A stretch of 64,000 nucleotides of DNA from Coxiella endosymbiont of Haemaphysalis japonica (GTDB lineage: Bacteria > Pseudomonadota > Gammaproteobacteria > Coxiellales > Coxiellaceae), in NCBI GenBank assembly GCA_048491795.1, contig JBGDGR010000003.1, positions 13,439 to 77,438 of the forward strand, given 5' to 3'. The number at the start of each line of letters is the position of its first letter. Position 1 is the stretch's first letter. Below are positions 9,623 through 21,100 of the stretch, in pieces. The translations under genes and the position numbers were made by a program. The notes beneath the pieces are model-generated. The model saw only the letters and a program-made list of their open reading frames with translations, was not told the DNA's origin and searched no databases.

Positions 9623-11080
9623 TTAAACTACTTTCCCAACAGTTAAAATCTTCATAGCGTTTGAACCACCACCGACACCCATATAATCGCCTTTAGTTAA
9701 TATTACCAAATCTCCATTTTCTAATAAGCCCTGTTTTTCCATAACTCCAATAGCTTTAACATTAACTTCTTCCCTTTTGTGCTTAGTGGGATCAAATTTA
9801 ATGGGGTAAACCCCGCGATATAATGTCATCCGTCCCAAGGATTTGCAAAAACGACTTAAACCATAAATGGGAATTGCTGTTCGAATTCGTGACATCCATA
9901 GAGGGGTAATTCCTGATTCTGTTAAGGCCACAATCGCTTTGATATCTACATGATTGGCTGTATACATTGTTGCCATTGCAATAGCCTCATCAATGCGTCT
10001 AAAACGGCACTCTACACGATGACGCGAAATATGTGAACGAGGTTGCATTTCGGAAGCCACGCATGTTCGAGCCATCGCTCCGACTGCTAATATTGGGTAA
10101 TCACCCACCGCCGTTTCGGCTGAAAGCATAACAGCATCGGTGTTATCCAAGGCAGCATTAGCTATATCAGATACTTCAGCTCGAGTGGGTATAACGGAAG
10201 TGTGAATCATCGATTCCATCATTTGGGTGGCAATAATAACGGGCTTATCAAGAGATCTGGCTCGATGAATAATATCTTTTTGAACCAAAGGCACTTGCGC
10301 ATCACCAATCTCAACAGCCAAGTCACCGCGAGCAACCATAACACCATCACTAGCTTCAATGATAGCATCAATATTTTTCACAGCTTCAGCACGTTCAATT
10401 TTAGCAACGACACCAGCCTTCCCTTTATAGCCCTGAATTAAATTCTTAGCCTTAAAGATATCTTCTGCATCTCGGGGAAACGAAATCGCCACATAGTCCA
10501 CATCAAGATTAACAACAAATTTTAAATCTTTGATATCTTTCTCAGTCATTGACTTCGCTGAAAGGCCGCCTCCAAAACGATTAATTCCCTTGTGGTTAGA
10601 CAATTCACCACCAACTGCTACCCGACAAATAATTTTTTTTCTTTCAACACATTGGACGATTAATTTGAGACGCCCATCGTCTAACAACAATATATCATGA
10701 GCTTTTACATCTTTCGGTAAGTTTTTATAATCAATTCCCACTTTTTCTTGCGTTCCCTCTCTGGCAGGTAAGTCCCCATCTAAAATAAATTGCCCCCCCT
10801 GCTCTAATTTTATTTTTCCTAGCTTAAAACTTGATATACGAATTTTAGGTCCCTGTAAGTCCGCCAAGATCCCAATTACTCGTTCTTGCTTTTTACTAGC
10901 CTTACGTACCATTTCAATTCGTTTTTTATGGCGCTCATGGGAGTCGTGAGAAAAATTTAAGCGAACAACATCAACGCCTTCGTTAATAATTTCTTCTAAA
11001 ATTGAAGGATCATCCGTCGCAGGACCTAAAGTCGCGATAATTTTCGTACGACGTAACATATGTTGGTTATTTTTACTCAT
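9623..11080 (-). CDS. pyk: Pyruvate kinase
   Basis: 485 aa; [24 protein letters not shown] motifs. ATG at 11080 overlaps the pgk stop by 8 nt (ATGAGTAA). An alternative ATG is at 11059. Confidence 0.93.
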   Translation of the reverse strand: MSKNNQHMLRRTKIIATLGPATDDPSILEEIINEGVDVVRLNFSHDSHERHKKRIEMVRKASKKQERVIGILADLQGPKIRISSFKLGKIKLEQGGQFILDGDLPAREGTQEKVGIDYKNLPKDVKAHDILLLDDGRLKLIVQCVERKKIICRVAVGGELSNHKGINRFGGGLSAKSMTEKDIKDLKFVVNLDVDYVAISFPRDAEDIFKAKNLIQGYKGKAGVVAKIERAEAVKNIDAIIEASDGVMVARGDLAVEIGDAQVPLVQKDIIHRARSLDKPVIIATQMMESMIHTSVIPTRAEVSDIANAALDNTDAVMLSAETAVGDYPILAVGAMARTCVASEMQPRSHISRHRVECRFRRIDEAIAMATMYTANHVDIKAIVALTESGITPLWMSRIRTAIPIYGLSRFCKSLGRMTLYRGVYPIKFDPTKHKREEVNVKAIGVMEKQGLLENGDLVILTKGDYMGVGGGSNAMKILTVGKVV

Positions 11081-12266
11081 AAAACTTTGCTCGCTGGATT
11101 AAAATTTCAATCGCGGGAAGCATTTTTCCTGCTAAAAATTCTAAAAAAGCCCCCCCGCCTGTACTAATACAGGAAAACTGATCTATTAGACCAAATCGAT
11201 CTAAAGCAGCCAGGGTGTCTCCACCTCCCGCAATAGAATAAGCGTCACTATCGGCAATTGCTCGTGCTAACGCGCGCGTACCTTGACTAAAGGCTTCGAT
11301 TTCGAAAACACCAACAGGACCATTCCAAACTATGGTACCAGCCTTAGCCATTAAATGAGCATAGCTTGCTGATGTTTTGGTTCCTATATCAAAAATAGAT
11401 TCGTTATCTGTAATTGCATTGACAGGTTTTAGTGTCGATTTTACATCTTTAGAAAGCTGAGTCGCAACGAAAACATCAACCGGAAGTGGAATAGAAATAT
11501 TCTTTTCTGTTGCTTTTTTCGAAAATTGATGCACGTGATCCAACCAGTTGTTCTCACATAACGATTTTCCAATGTTATAACCCTTTGCTTTTAAAAAGGT
11601 ATTCGCGATCCCACCTCCTACGATTAATTGATCAACTTTATCTAATAAATTTCCTAGGAAATGGATTTTGGAAGAAACTTTAGCGCCGCCTAAAATAGCT
11701 ACTACAGGTTTTTTTGGATTATGTAATGCACGAGACAAAGCTTCAATTTCAGAAATAAGGAGAGGTCCCGCGCAAGCTATTGGGGCATATTCTGAAATTC
11801 CAACCGTGGAAGCTTGCGTGCGATGTGCTGTTGCAAAGGCATCCATAACAAAAACATCACATAGGTTCGCCATACGCCGAGCTAAAGCGGAATCGTTATT
11901 ATTTTCGCCCACGTTAAATCGAACATTTTCACATAATATAACCATCCCTGGTTCAACGGTAACACCGCCTAGCCAATTTTTAACAAGCGGTACTTCCCAG
12001 TTTAACTTTTTACTTAATGCTTCTGCTATGGGAACCAAGGAAAAGGCGAGATCAAATTTTCCTTCTTGTGGTCTTCCTAAGTGAGACAGAATTATCCCTC
12101 GCGCATTTGCTTCAAGTGCTTTTTTAATAGTCGGTACTACCCGAATAATTTTTTCGTCATCAATAATTCTACTATTTTCCATTGGCACGTTAAGATCTTC
12201 GCGAATAAGAACGTGTTTGTTACTAATGTTAATATCAGACATGGATAGAAAAGGTAACTTTTTCAT
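11073..12266 (-). CDS. pgk: Phosphoglycerate kinase
   Basis: 397 aa; [22 protein letters not shown] motifs. 4-nt ATGA overlap with gap. Confidence 0.93.
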   Translation of the reverse strand: MKKLPFLSMSDINISNKHVLIREDLNVPMENSRIIDDEKIIRVVPTIKKALEANARGIILSHLGRPQEGKFDLAFSLVPIAEALSKKLNWEVPLVKNWLGGVTVEPGMVILCENVRFNVGENNNDSALARRMANLCDVFVMDAFATAHRTQASTVGISEYAPIACAGPLLISEIEALSRALHNPKKPVVAILGGAKVSSKIHFLGNLLDKVDQLIVGGGIANTFLKAKGYNIGKSLCENNWLDHVHQFSKKATEKNISIPLPVDVFVATQLSKDVKSTLKPVNAITDNESIFDIGTKTSASYAHLMAKAGTIVWNGPVGVFEIEAFSQGTRALARAIADSDAYSIAGGGDTLAALDRFGLIDQFSCISTGGGAFLEFLAGKMLPAIEILIQRAKFYE

Positions 12267-13264
12267 TCCAAAAAAGCGCCTGCCACATCTAACATACGGT
12301 TAGAAAACCCACATTCATTATCATACCAAGCGACAATCTTTACTAATTTATCGATTATTCGCGTTTGCCCCGCATCAAAAACTGACGAATATGACTCATG
12401 ATTAAAATCAATAGATACAAGCGGCTCGTCATTATAACCAAGTACACTTTTCATTTTACCCTCAGCAGCTTCTTTCATCACAGCGTTGACTTGAGAAACA
12501 CTTACTGATTTTTTGACATCGAATGTAAAGTCAATGACAGAAACATTAATTGTAGGCACTCGAATAGCATAACCATCTAATTTTCCATCTAACTCTGGTA
12601 ATACTAACCCTACAGCAGCAACGGCTCCGGTTTTAGTAGGGATCATCGATTGCGTAGCTGCACGCGTTCGATACAAATCTTTGTGATAGCTATCGGTGAG
12701 GTTTTGATCGTTAGTATAAGAATGAACGGTTACCATTAATCCACGTTCAACGCCAATTTCATCATTTAATACCTTTAATAGAGGTGCCAAACAGTTTGTT
12801 GTGCAAGAGGCATTAGAAATAATTTTATCTTCTTTAGTAATAATATTTTCATTAACACCAAACACAACGGTTTTAACATCGTTACCAGCCGGCGCAGAGA
12901 TTAAAACTTTTTTTGCCCCAGCTTTTAAATGCGCTTTCGATTTTTCTTTACTTGTAAATAGCCCTGTGCATTCAAGCACCAAATCAATATCAAGTTCTCG
13001 CCAAGGTAATTCTTCTGGGTTTTTTACCGAAAATACTTTAATTTTATCACCATCGATCGTTAATCCTGCTTTATTAACACTTACATCAGCAGTAAATCGC
13101 CCATGCACCGAGTCATATTTAGTTAAATGAGCATTAGTGTTAACATCTCCTAAATCATTAATAGCGACAATTTTTAAATCACGATACCTCCTTGATTCGT
13201 AAAAAGCTCGTAAAATATTTCGACCAATACGGCCATAACCATTAATAGCAACTTTATATACCAT
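12263..13264 (-). CDS. gapA: Glyceraldehyde-3-phosphate dehydrogenase
   Basis: Start placed at [15 protein letters not shown] (ATG 13264) with GAGGAG about 8 nt upstream and just after the tkt stop. Active-site [10 protein letters not shown] present. Confidence 0.92.
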   Translation of the reverse strand: MVYKVAINGYGRIGRNILRAFYESRRYRDLKIVAINDLGDVNTNAHLTKYDSVHGRFTADVSVNKAGLTIDGDKIKVFSVKNPEELPWRELDIDLVLECTGLFTSKEKSKAHLKAGAKKVLISAPAGNDVKTVVFGVNENIITKEDKIISNASCTTNCLAPLLKVLNDEIGVERGLMVTVHSYTNDQNLTDSYHKDLYRTRAATQSMIPTKTGAVAAVGLVLPELDGKLDGYAIRVPTINVSVIDFTFDVKKSVSVSQVNAVMKEAAEGKMKSVLGYNDEPLVSIDFNHESYSSVFDAGQTRIIDKLVKIVAWYDNECGFSNRMLDVAGAFLE

Positions 13265-13265
13265 A

Positions 13266-15278
13266 CTACTTCTCCTCAGTTTCAAATTCGTTGAAAAATC
13301 CTTCTATCGTATTAATAACCCGTTCCGGAGTGAACCCATATTCACGATACATCACGGGGTAGGGTGCTGAAGCGCCGAATTGATTAATTCCAATTACTTT
13401 ACCTTCGCGCCCAACAAATTGATACCAATAATCTGGATGAGCCGCTTCAATAGCAACACGCTTTATTATGTGTGAAGGTAAAACCGATTCTTGATAATCG
13501 ATTTCTTGATTTTTAAAAATTTTACAACATGGCATGGAAACGACTCGCACCGGAATATTTTTTTCTAAAGCCTTCGCTGCTTCAACAGCAATCATGACTT
13601 CAGAACCTGTAGCTATCAGAATAATTTGGGCCGGTTCTTTTGACTCCCACAATACGTATCCTCCTTTTGCAATTAACTCCATTTGCCTTGAATTACGATT
13701 CTGATGCCTAACCTTTTGGCGAGTTAATAAAAGACAGCTAGGTCCAGGATGGTCAATTATCTCTCGCCATGCGACTGCTGTTTCGGTACCGTCACAAGGA
13801 CGCCACACATACAAGCCTGGAATCATTCGTAATGAGGGTAATTGTTCAATTGGTTGATGCGTAGGGCCATCTTCTCCCAAACCAATTGAATCATGAGAAT
13901 AAACAAAAACCGTATGCGCCTGGGTAAGCGCTGCTAGACGCACAGCATTTCGCGCATAATCTGAAAAAGTTAAAAAAGTACCGGCGAAAGGAATAAAGCC
14001 ACCATGCAGGGCAATACCATTAATGATAGCCGTCATTGCGAATTCACGTACCCCATATTCAATATAATTTCCCTGACGATTTTCTTGACTCAAGATAGTC
14101 GCGCCCGACCATTTCGTGCAATTCGATTCTGATAAATCGGCCGACCCACCAATTAATTCAGGTAATGAAGACGCAATAGCGTCTAAACATTTAAGAGACA
14201 ATTTACGTGTAGCATTATCTTCTTTTGAAGCTTCCATATTTAAAATGAACTCCTCCATTTTTTTGGTATAACCCGCGGATAATAATTTCTTTTGTCGTCG
14301 TAAAAATTCTTTTGCCAATTCGGAATGATGTTTTTCATAATTCGTCAATAATCGATTCCAGTGAGTTTCGCGTTCCTTTCCTTTTTCTTTCGCATCCCAT
14401 ACAGCATAAATCTCCTTAGGAATTTCAAATGGTGGGTAAGGCCAATTTAAAATTTTACGGACACCGGCTACTTCTTCTTCGCCTAAAGGGGCTCCATGGA
14501 CCACCGCCTGACCCGCCAAGATGGGTGCTCCATAACCGATAATCGTTTTGCAACAAATAAGGGTTGGTTTGATAACTTCATTTTTTGCCGTGATAATGGC
14601 TTGAGAAATGGCCTCGGGATCATGCCCATCTATATGGGTTATGACTTGCCATCCATAGGCTTTGAAGCGCTTTGGAGTATCATCGGTAAACCATCCACCC
14701 ACATCCCCATCGATGGAAATACCGTTATCATCATAAAAAACAATTAATTTCCCTAAGCCCAAGGTTCCAGCTAACGAACAAGCTTCATGAGAAATGCCTT
14801 CCATCAGATCACCATCACCGGCAAAAACATACGTATGATGATCTACGATCGGAAAGTTCTCACGATTGAAAGTTCTAGATAGAATCTGTTCGGCTATCGC
14901 CATACCAACACCATTAGCTAATCCTTGTCCAAGTGGCCCAGTCGTCGTTTCAACTCCAGGCGTATGTCCAAATTCGGGATGGCCCGGCGTACGTGAATGA
15001 AACTGTCGAAAATTTTCTAGGTCTTTTATCGATAAATCAAAACCAGTCAAATGTAAAAGTGCATATTGCAACATAGCCCCGTGACCATTAGATAAAATAA
15101 ATCGATCACGATTGACCCAGTGGGGATTATTAGGATTGAATTTTAAAAAATCGCGCCACAGTACTTCAGCAATATCAGCCATCCCCATCGGCATTCCGGG
15201 ATGACCTGAATTGGCTTTTTCTACGGCATCCATTGCCAACGCACGAACTGCATTGGCACACTCTCGGCGTGATGGCAT
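13266..15278 (-). CDS. tkt: Transketolase
   Basis: 670 aa; [37 protein letters not shown] motifs. Confidence 0.94.
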   Translation of the reverse strand: MPSRRECANAVRALAMDAVEKANSGHPGMPMGMADIAEVLWRDFLKFNPNNPHWVNRDRFILSNGHGAMLQYALLHLTGFDLSIKDLENFRQFHSRTPGHPEFGHTPGVETTTGPLGQGLANGVGMAIAEQILSRTFNRENFPIVDHHTYVFAGDGDLMEGISHEACSLAGTLGLGKLIVFYDDNGISIDGDVGGWFTDDTPKRFKAYGWQVITHIDGHDPEAISQAIITAKNEVIKPTLICCKTIIGYGAPILAGQAVVHGAPLGEEEVAGVRKILNWPYPPFEIPKEIYAVWDAKEKGKERETHWNRLLTNYEKHHSELAKEFLRRQKKLLSAGYTKKMEEFILNMEASKEDNATRKLSLKCLDAIASSLPELIGGSADLSESNCTKWSGATILSQENRQGNYIEYGVREFAMTAIINGIALHGGFIPFAGTFLTFSDYARNAVRLAALTQAHTVFVYSHDSIGLGEDGPTHQPIEQLPSLRMIPGLYVWRPCDGTETAVAWREIIDHPGPSCLLLTRQKVRHQNRNSRQMELIAKGGYVLWESKEPAQIILIATGSEVMIAVEAAKALEKNIPVRVVSMPCCKIFKNQEIDYQESVLPSHIIKRVAIEAAHPDYWYQFVGREGKVIGINQFGASAPYPVMYREYGFTPERVINTIEGFFNEFETEEK

Positions 15279-15634
15279 GGGCTTTCCTGTGACAGCTCCA
15301 AATCAAAGTGTAAATGATAACGTGTCTCGAGAGGTTACGCAATTTACAGCGCACATTAAATAGGATATTCTTCATCGGGAAATTGAAGCAACCTGGAGAT
15401 CCTCTCTGATTTCTTCCATCGTTTTCAACGTAAGCATAAAGGTCTTCCTTCTTTAACGACCACTGAGTGCCCACTATATTTTACTCAATTCTACAACAAT
15501 GGTTGACTTGAATTAAATTCTATATAGCTCTTAGCCGCAAAGAATCGGGAACTGTGGAGTAGCAACCTATATTACATTGAAAATATCTCAAAAAATGCCG
15601 ATTTTCTCGTAAATTTAATATCTATCCTCATCTT

Positions 15635-15663
15635 TTCTCATTATTCTCAAATAGAAGTATAAT
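15635..15663 (+). promoter_or_regulatory. Candidate sigma70 promoter for glmS
   Basis: TTCTCA (15635-15640), 17-nt spacer, perfect TATAAT (15658-15663). Lies 36 nt upstream of the glmS ATG, with AAGGA ahead of the start. Confidence 0.3.
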
Positions 15664-15698
15664 TACCTTTCTTAAATTTTTTGAGAAAGGAACCAAAC

Positions 15699-17528
15699 AT
15701 GTGCGGCATTGTAGGAGCTATTGCTCAACGTCATGTAGCAAACATTTTATTGGAAGGTCTGAATCGTTTAGAATATCGTGGTTATGATTCAGCCGGAATT
15801 GCCATCCTAAATAAAAAAACATATAAAATTCAACAAGTTCGAGTTAAAGGTAAAGTCCAAGTGCTTGCTGAGAGGTTGGGAAGAAAACCTCTGCAAGGCC
15901 ATACTGGTATTGCTCACACTCGCTGGGCAACACATGGGAAGCCAACAGAAAAAAATGCTCATCCTCACTGCTCGGAGAATACCATTTCGATTGTTCACAA
16001 TGGGATTATTGAAAATCACCAGTCGCTTCGACAAAAACTTAAAAAATTAGGCTATGTGTTTAAGACGGAAACGGATACAGAAGTCATCGTTCACTTAATT
16101 CATTACCATAGTAAGAGGGAAAAGGAATTATTACAAGCCATCCAACAATCCACTCAAGAATTGAGTGGAACCTATGGATTAGCCATTATTTCAAGCATAG
16201 AACCCGAAGCATTATATGCCGTTCGCTACGGTAGTCCTTTGGTCATTGGTTTAGGGATTGGGGAACATTTTATTGCCTCAGACATCAGTGCTTTGTTGCC
16301 TGTAACTCAGAAATTTATTTGTTTAGAAGAAGGAGATATTGCCAAAATTGGTATTGATTCTATCTCTATCTACAACCAAGCTGGAAAATTAATTAAGCGA
16401 CCCTCCTATACCTCAAAAATTGATTACGACACGGTGATAAAGGGGAATTTCCGTCATTTTATGCAAAAAGAAATTTTTGAGCAACCCCAGGGGGTGCTAG
16501 ATACGATTTCTAGACATTTAATTAATAACACGATAATTCCAAAAAGTCTCGGGCATAAAGCGGAATTCATTTTTAGAAAAACAAAGCGTCTCCAAATTGT
16601 TGCTTGTGGGACCAGTTTTCACGCTGCTTTAGTTGGTCGTTATTGGTTGGAATCCTTAGCCGGAATTCCATGCCAAGTGGAGATTGCCAGCGAAAATCGG
16701 TATCGCAAAGCAGTAATTGAACCTAATACTTTATTTATTGCTATCTCCCAATCAGGTGAAACAGCTGATACATTAGCAGCACTAGGACAAGCGAAAAACT
16801 TAGGGTACACAGCAACCTTAGGTATTTGTAATGTTCCAACTAGTTCGGTAGCCCAAGAGGCTGATCTAGTTTTTCTTACCCACGCAGGAATCGAAATCGG
16901 CGTTGCAGCTACCAAAACATTTACCACACAATTAGTCTCTTTATTATTATTGGCCGCCTTATTTCAAAGAAAAAATAATGGAAACTGCGAAATTATTATC
17001 AATCATTTGCAAAATTTACCAGATCTTTTACAAAAAACTTTAAACTTAGATGCTTCTATCAAGCAATTATCAAAGCGTTTTATAAATAAAAAAAATGCTT
17101 TATTTCTAGGCCGTGGTGCACTTTTCCCAATCGCCTTAGAAGGCGCTTTAAAATTAAAAGAAATTTCCTATATGCATGCAGAAGCTTATCCTGCAGGTGA
17201 ATTAAAACATGGTCCTTTAGCTTTAGTCGAAAAAGGCATGCCGGTTATCGTCGTTGCACCTAATGACCACTTAATTAAAAAGTTAGAATCAAATATGCAA
17301 GAGGTCCAAGCAAGGGGAGGCGAACTATATGTTTTCATGGATGAGAAAATCCCTTGGGAATCAAAAATGGATAATAGTTTTTCTATCCGAATGCCCACTA
17401 TGTCTGATGTCATAGCTCCGATCGCCTATACTGTACCTTTGCAGTTATTGGCCTATTATGTTGCTGTCTTAAAGGGAACAGATATCGACCAACCGCGCAA
17501 TTTAGCGAAATCCGTTACGGTGGAATAA
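15699..17528 (+). CDS. glmS: Glutamine--fructose-6-phosphate aminotransferase
   Basis: Canonical MCGIVGAI N-terminus at ATG 15699 (the track ORF starts 6 codons earlier at a TTG). Two SIS domains; C-terminal NLAKSVTVE. Confidence 0.94.
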   Translation: MCGIVGAIAQRHVANILLEGLNRLEYRGYDSAGIAILNKKTYKIQQVRVKGKVQVLAERLGRKPLQGHTGIAHTRWATHGKPTEKNAHPHCSENTISIVHNGIIENHQSLRQKLKKLGYVFKTETDTEVIVHLIHYHSKREKELLQAIQQSTQELSGTYGLAIISSIEPEALYAVRYGSPLVIGLGIGEHFIASDISALLPVTQKFICLEEGDIAKIGIDSISIYNQAGKLIKRPSYTSKIDYDTVIKGNFRHFMQKEIFEQPQGVLDTISRHLINNTIIPKSLGHKAEFIFRKTKRLQIVACGTSFHAALVGRYWLESLAGIPCQVEIASENRYRKAVIEPNTLFIAISQSGETADTLAALGQAKNLGYTATLGICNVPTSSVAQEADLVFLTHAGIEIGVAATKTFTTQLVSLLLLAALFQRKNNGNCEIIINHLQNLPDLLQKTLNLDASIKQLSKRFINKKNALFLGRGALFPIALEGALKLKEISYMHAEAYPAGELKHGPLALVEKGMPVIVVAPNDHLIKKLESNMQEVQARGGELYVFMDEKIPWESKMDNSFSIRMPTMSDVIAPIAYTVPLQLLAYYVAVLKGTDIDQPRNLAKSVTVE

Positions 17529-17534
17529 AACTTA

Positions 17535-17566
17535 ATTTTTATTTATAGAAATTTTTATTTATAGAA
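17535..17566. repeat. Perfect 16-bp tandem duplication
   Basis: atttttatttatagaa occurs twice back to back (17535-17550, 17551-17566), 7 nt after the glmS stop. Confidence 0.9.
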
Positions 17567-17579
17567 TAGAAATTCCCTA

Positions 17580-18015
<436 letters not shown>

Positions 18016-18459
18016 TTGAATTACAATCATACTTCGTGAGATAAAAATTCTCTTTGTCTTTTAAGTTAAGTATATCCTTTCGCTGTTAGCATCCTATTCA
18101 GTGCTTAATTTTTTCATTTTTCTATAAAGTTAAAAATATTATAAAAATAATAACTAAAATATTCTAAAAATACTAATTAAGTTAAAATGAAATTCTTAGC
18201 AATAATAGATTTCCAACTCACTTAAGTCTGTAGCAGGAGAGAAGGATTTTAAGATAAGGATAAGAAATAATAAATTCACTTAAAAGCAAACCCTATTCCA
18301 CAAATTCAAAGAGGAAATACACGCCTTGATTTAACGTAAATCTTAGGTATTCAACTGGGGGAATGAACCAAGAGAAAAGGTAGTGTACGAGAGAAGAGAA
18401 AAGATCTTTCCTTCATGGGTCGTAAATAAGAAAGTAAGAAAAAGAGTAATAATGTGTCT

Positions 18460-19085
18460 ATCTAAAATAGACTGAATTCTAGTTGATGATATCGAAGATG
18501 CGGCAAAAGCGAAATAACGGCTTGCAAATCAATTGACTGGTCTTATTTACTTGATCGGATGCTGCTCAGAAAAGTGGTATTAAGTTTATCGAAGGATAAA
18601 AAACGATCCGATTTCCAAACATTCCTATTGTTAGGCTCACCACTAAATCTGAAGAAGGGAACAAAGTTACAGGATTAATAACAGGCACTAATAATTATTA
18701 TTGCAACCCTCCTCTTTTTTTTCTATTGATATACTAATGTCAAGAAAATAAAAACGATTCTACGTCAATGTCCTTTACTTCTCGCCTTCCCACGAAATTA
18801 AACGTCAAGATATTGCTATTAATATTTCCAAGCTTAAATTACTATCAATATAAATCAATACAAACTCCTGCTTCTTTCACCTATCGAATACACAATGCTT
18901 TATTCTTTATAAAGCATCCTAATAAAACGTATACTTGAGACCAGCTTATCACTTAGTATTTAGCTAGAAATGTTTATGTTGATAACCGTACAGTTAACGT
19001 TCATATTCATTGTCTTTTGAGATAAATTAAAAAGTAAGATCGCCATCACATTAAAACAATTAGGAGGCTGGATATCGATTTGTAA
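18460..19085 (+). pseudogene. phoB: Phosphate regulon response regulator PhoB relic
   Basis: Frame-hopping reads: ILVDDIEDAAKA; DRMLLRKSGIKFIEG.KTIRFPNIPIVRLTTKSEEGNKVTGLITGTNNYYCNP (PhoB: DWMLPGGSGIQFIKHLK...[31 protein letters not shown]); NVYVDNRTVNVHIHCLLR and IKTIRRLDIDL (NVYVEDRTVDVHIRRLRK, VQTVRGTGYRF). Multiple in-frame stops. Confidence 0.65.
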
Positions 19086-19099
19086 CTAATAATTAAGAA

Positions 19100-19640
19100 A
19101 AAAATCCAGAAATTAATCCTGATCAAACAATTTTCAGTCAAATGTATCAATATAGCGCTCGAATGGAAGCGGTCATTGCAGTTGTTGATGATATTTTTAT
19201 TATTCTTTCGTCTTAAAAGTGATAATCATACTTCTAAAGAGAAGTTTAGCCTGGTTGTTTCTGAAATTCTAAAAATACTTTGCGCCGATGCCAAAAATAT
19301 TAGCCATGAAAAACGATACAGTATTAAATTCGAGTCAGATGCTAATTTATACACGAGCGGGTTAGAAGAAGAATTAAAAAGAGTCTGTTTTGGATATGAT
19401 CATTAACGCAGTGAAGTATATGCCGGAAAAACGATTTTATTGCGTAGAAAAGCATATTCTTGTGAGAGCGGCGGGGATAGAGGATGGGCCTCGAGTTAGC
19501 AACTGTCAAACACATCCTCGCGCGCCATCAAAGTGATTTATATGCTGAAAGCTATGCTGAAAGCAAGTTTGATAAGAGAAGTACGTCCACTTGCCACTTT
19601 TCTCGCTAGAAAAGAACAATTCCTTTCCTTTCAAAGAAAA
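19100..19640 (+). pseudogene. phoR: Sensor kinase PhoR relic (C-terminal catalytic part only)
   Basis: EEELKRV..MIINAVKYMPEK (N-box region) and GLELATVKHILARHQSDLYAES (PhoR: GLGLAIVKHavnhHesrLnIES), interrupted by stops and frameshifts. Only about 0.55 kb is left of an expected 1.3 kb. Confidence 0.55.
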
Positions 19641-19738
19641 AGGCAAATTCCAACTCGTTTCGAACGTGAGAAGTTATCATTAAATTGTCATAATCACCCT
19701 GCTATGATTCCTTATAGAATCGCAACATGGGGGCATGA

Positions 19739-21100
19739 ATGAATATTGAAAAGGCTGAAAGCCTCGTACTTGAATTAGATGAACAGAAACTTAATCGCCT
19801 TCATTGGCGGATGGTTATCACTGCAGGTATGGGATTTTTTACAGATGCTTACGATTTGTTTGTCATCGGAGTGGTCACTACTTTGTTAATGCCTTTGTGG
19901 CAGCTTACCTCTAGTCAAATTGCTTTGCTTAATAGCGCTTCCTTAGCTTCAGCGGCCTTCGGCTCTATGATTTTTGGTTGGTTCGCTGACAAATGGGGTC
20001 GTAAGAAAATGTACGGTGTCGAAGTATTTATTTTATTTATCGGTGCATTGCTTTCTGCTTTCTCGCCTTCTTTTGTCTGGATTTTAATTTCACGAATTAT
20101 AGTCGGTATTGGAATTGGCGGGGATTACCCCACAAGCGCTGTAGTAGCCAGCGAATATGCTAATCGAAAAAATCGTGGATTTTTAGTACTGCTCGTTTTT
20201 GCTATGCAAGCTGTTGGATTAATTGTAGGGCCACTTTTTGCCTCTCTGCTAATGATTTGCCATATTCCTCATCCCTACGTCTGGCGTATCTTATTGGCTT
20301 TCGGTGCGCTTCCGGCGGCCTCTGTATTTTATTTACGGAGGAAAATAGAAGAAACTCCTAGGTTTTTGCTTAGTAAGCAATCTCCCATTCAAGTAAGTCG
20401 AGTTGTTAGTGATTTAGCAGGACATAAAGATGAAATTATGACTACCGCTGTTCCTATGCCCGAAAAATTATTTTCTTCTAAATGGCTTAAATGCCTACTT
20501 GGAACAGCTGGTGCATGGTTTCTATTGGACGTGGCGCTTTATGGCAATGGCGTATCCTCTGTCCTTATCATAAATGCCATTAGTCCACACGCTTCCCTTT
20601 TGAAGCACATCTTGTTGTCGGCACTCATTTTCTTGTGTTTCGCTGTTCCGGGATATTTCTTCGCAGCTACGTACGTGGACAAAATTGGGCGAAAATCGCT
20701 ACAAATAATCGGTTTTATGATCATGACCCTGTGTTATTTACTCATCGCGAGCATTCCAAGTATCCGGAAAACTTTACTTCTATTTATTGGATTATTTGGT
20801 ACCAGCTTTTTTTTCATTAACTTTGGGCCTAATGCGACTACGTTTTTAATTCCTTCAGAAATATATCCCACCCGTATACGTGCTAGAGCTCATGGTCTCT
20901 CTGCTGCAATTGGCAAGGCCGGCGCCTTTATTGGAGCCTTCTTTTTACCTCTAATTTTAAAAAATATGGGGCTACCTTTTACAATGGTGTTTGCGGCCAT
21001 TGCCTCTTTGTTTGGCATTTTTTTCACCTTCTTAGTACCTGAAATGAAAGAGATTTCCCTCGAAGCGAAATTTACCCAAAATACTTCTCGTCATCAATAA
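19739..21100 (+). CDS. MFS transporter, phosphate:H+ symporter (PHS, Pho84/Pht1-like) family
   Basis: 453 aa, about 12 TM. GIGIGGDYPTSAVVASEYANRKNRG matches the Pht1/Pho84 signature GGDYPLSATIxSE. FADKWGRKK loop motif present. Confidence 0.85.
   Translation: MNIEKAESLVLELDEQKLNRLHWRMVITAGMGFFTDAYDLFVIGVVTTLLMPLWQLTSSQIALLNSASLASAAFGSMIFGWFADKWGRKKMYGVEVFILFIGALLSAFSPSFVWILISRIIVGIGIGGDYPTSAVVASEYANRKNRGFLVLLVFAMQAVGLIVGPLFASLLMICHIPHPYVWRILLAFGALPAASVFYLRRKIEETPRFLLSKQSPIQVSRVVSDLAGHKDEIMTTAVPMPEKLFSSKWLKCLLGTAGAWFLLDVALYGNGVSSVLIINAISPHASLLKHILLSALIFLCFAVPGYFFAATYVDKIGRKSLQIIGFMIMTLCYLLIASIPSIRKTLLLFIGLFGTSFFFINFGPNATTFLIPSEIYPTRIRARAHGLSAAIGKAGAFIGAFFLPLILKNMGLPFTMVFAAIASLFGIFFTFLVPEMKEISLEAKFTQNTSRHQ

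Noticed and set aside
11668-12084. 138-aa plus-strand ORF inside pgk. Similar antisense or shadow ORFs occur at 3393-3596, 4432-4683, 12801-13130, 14496-14747, 15175-15474, 16640-16927, 32176-32469, 34681-35091, 50423-50725, 51067-51315 and 57106-57366.
   Set aside because: All lie entirely within, and antisense or out of frame to, strongly supported conserved genes. Their compositions are low-complexity or odd and carry no motifs. These are typical shadow ORFs.
19176-19742. Two small plus-strand ORFs (19176-19406 and 19533-19742).
   Set aside because: They are surviving open stretches of the decayed phoR coding region, partly in the ancestral frame and partly shifted. They are not independent genes.
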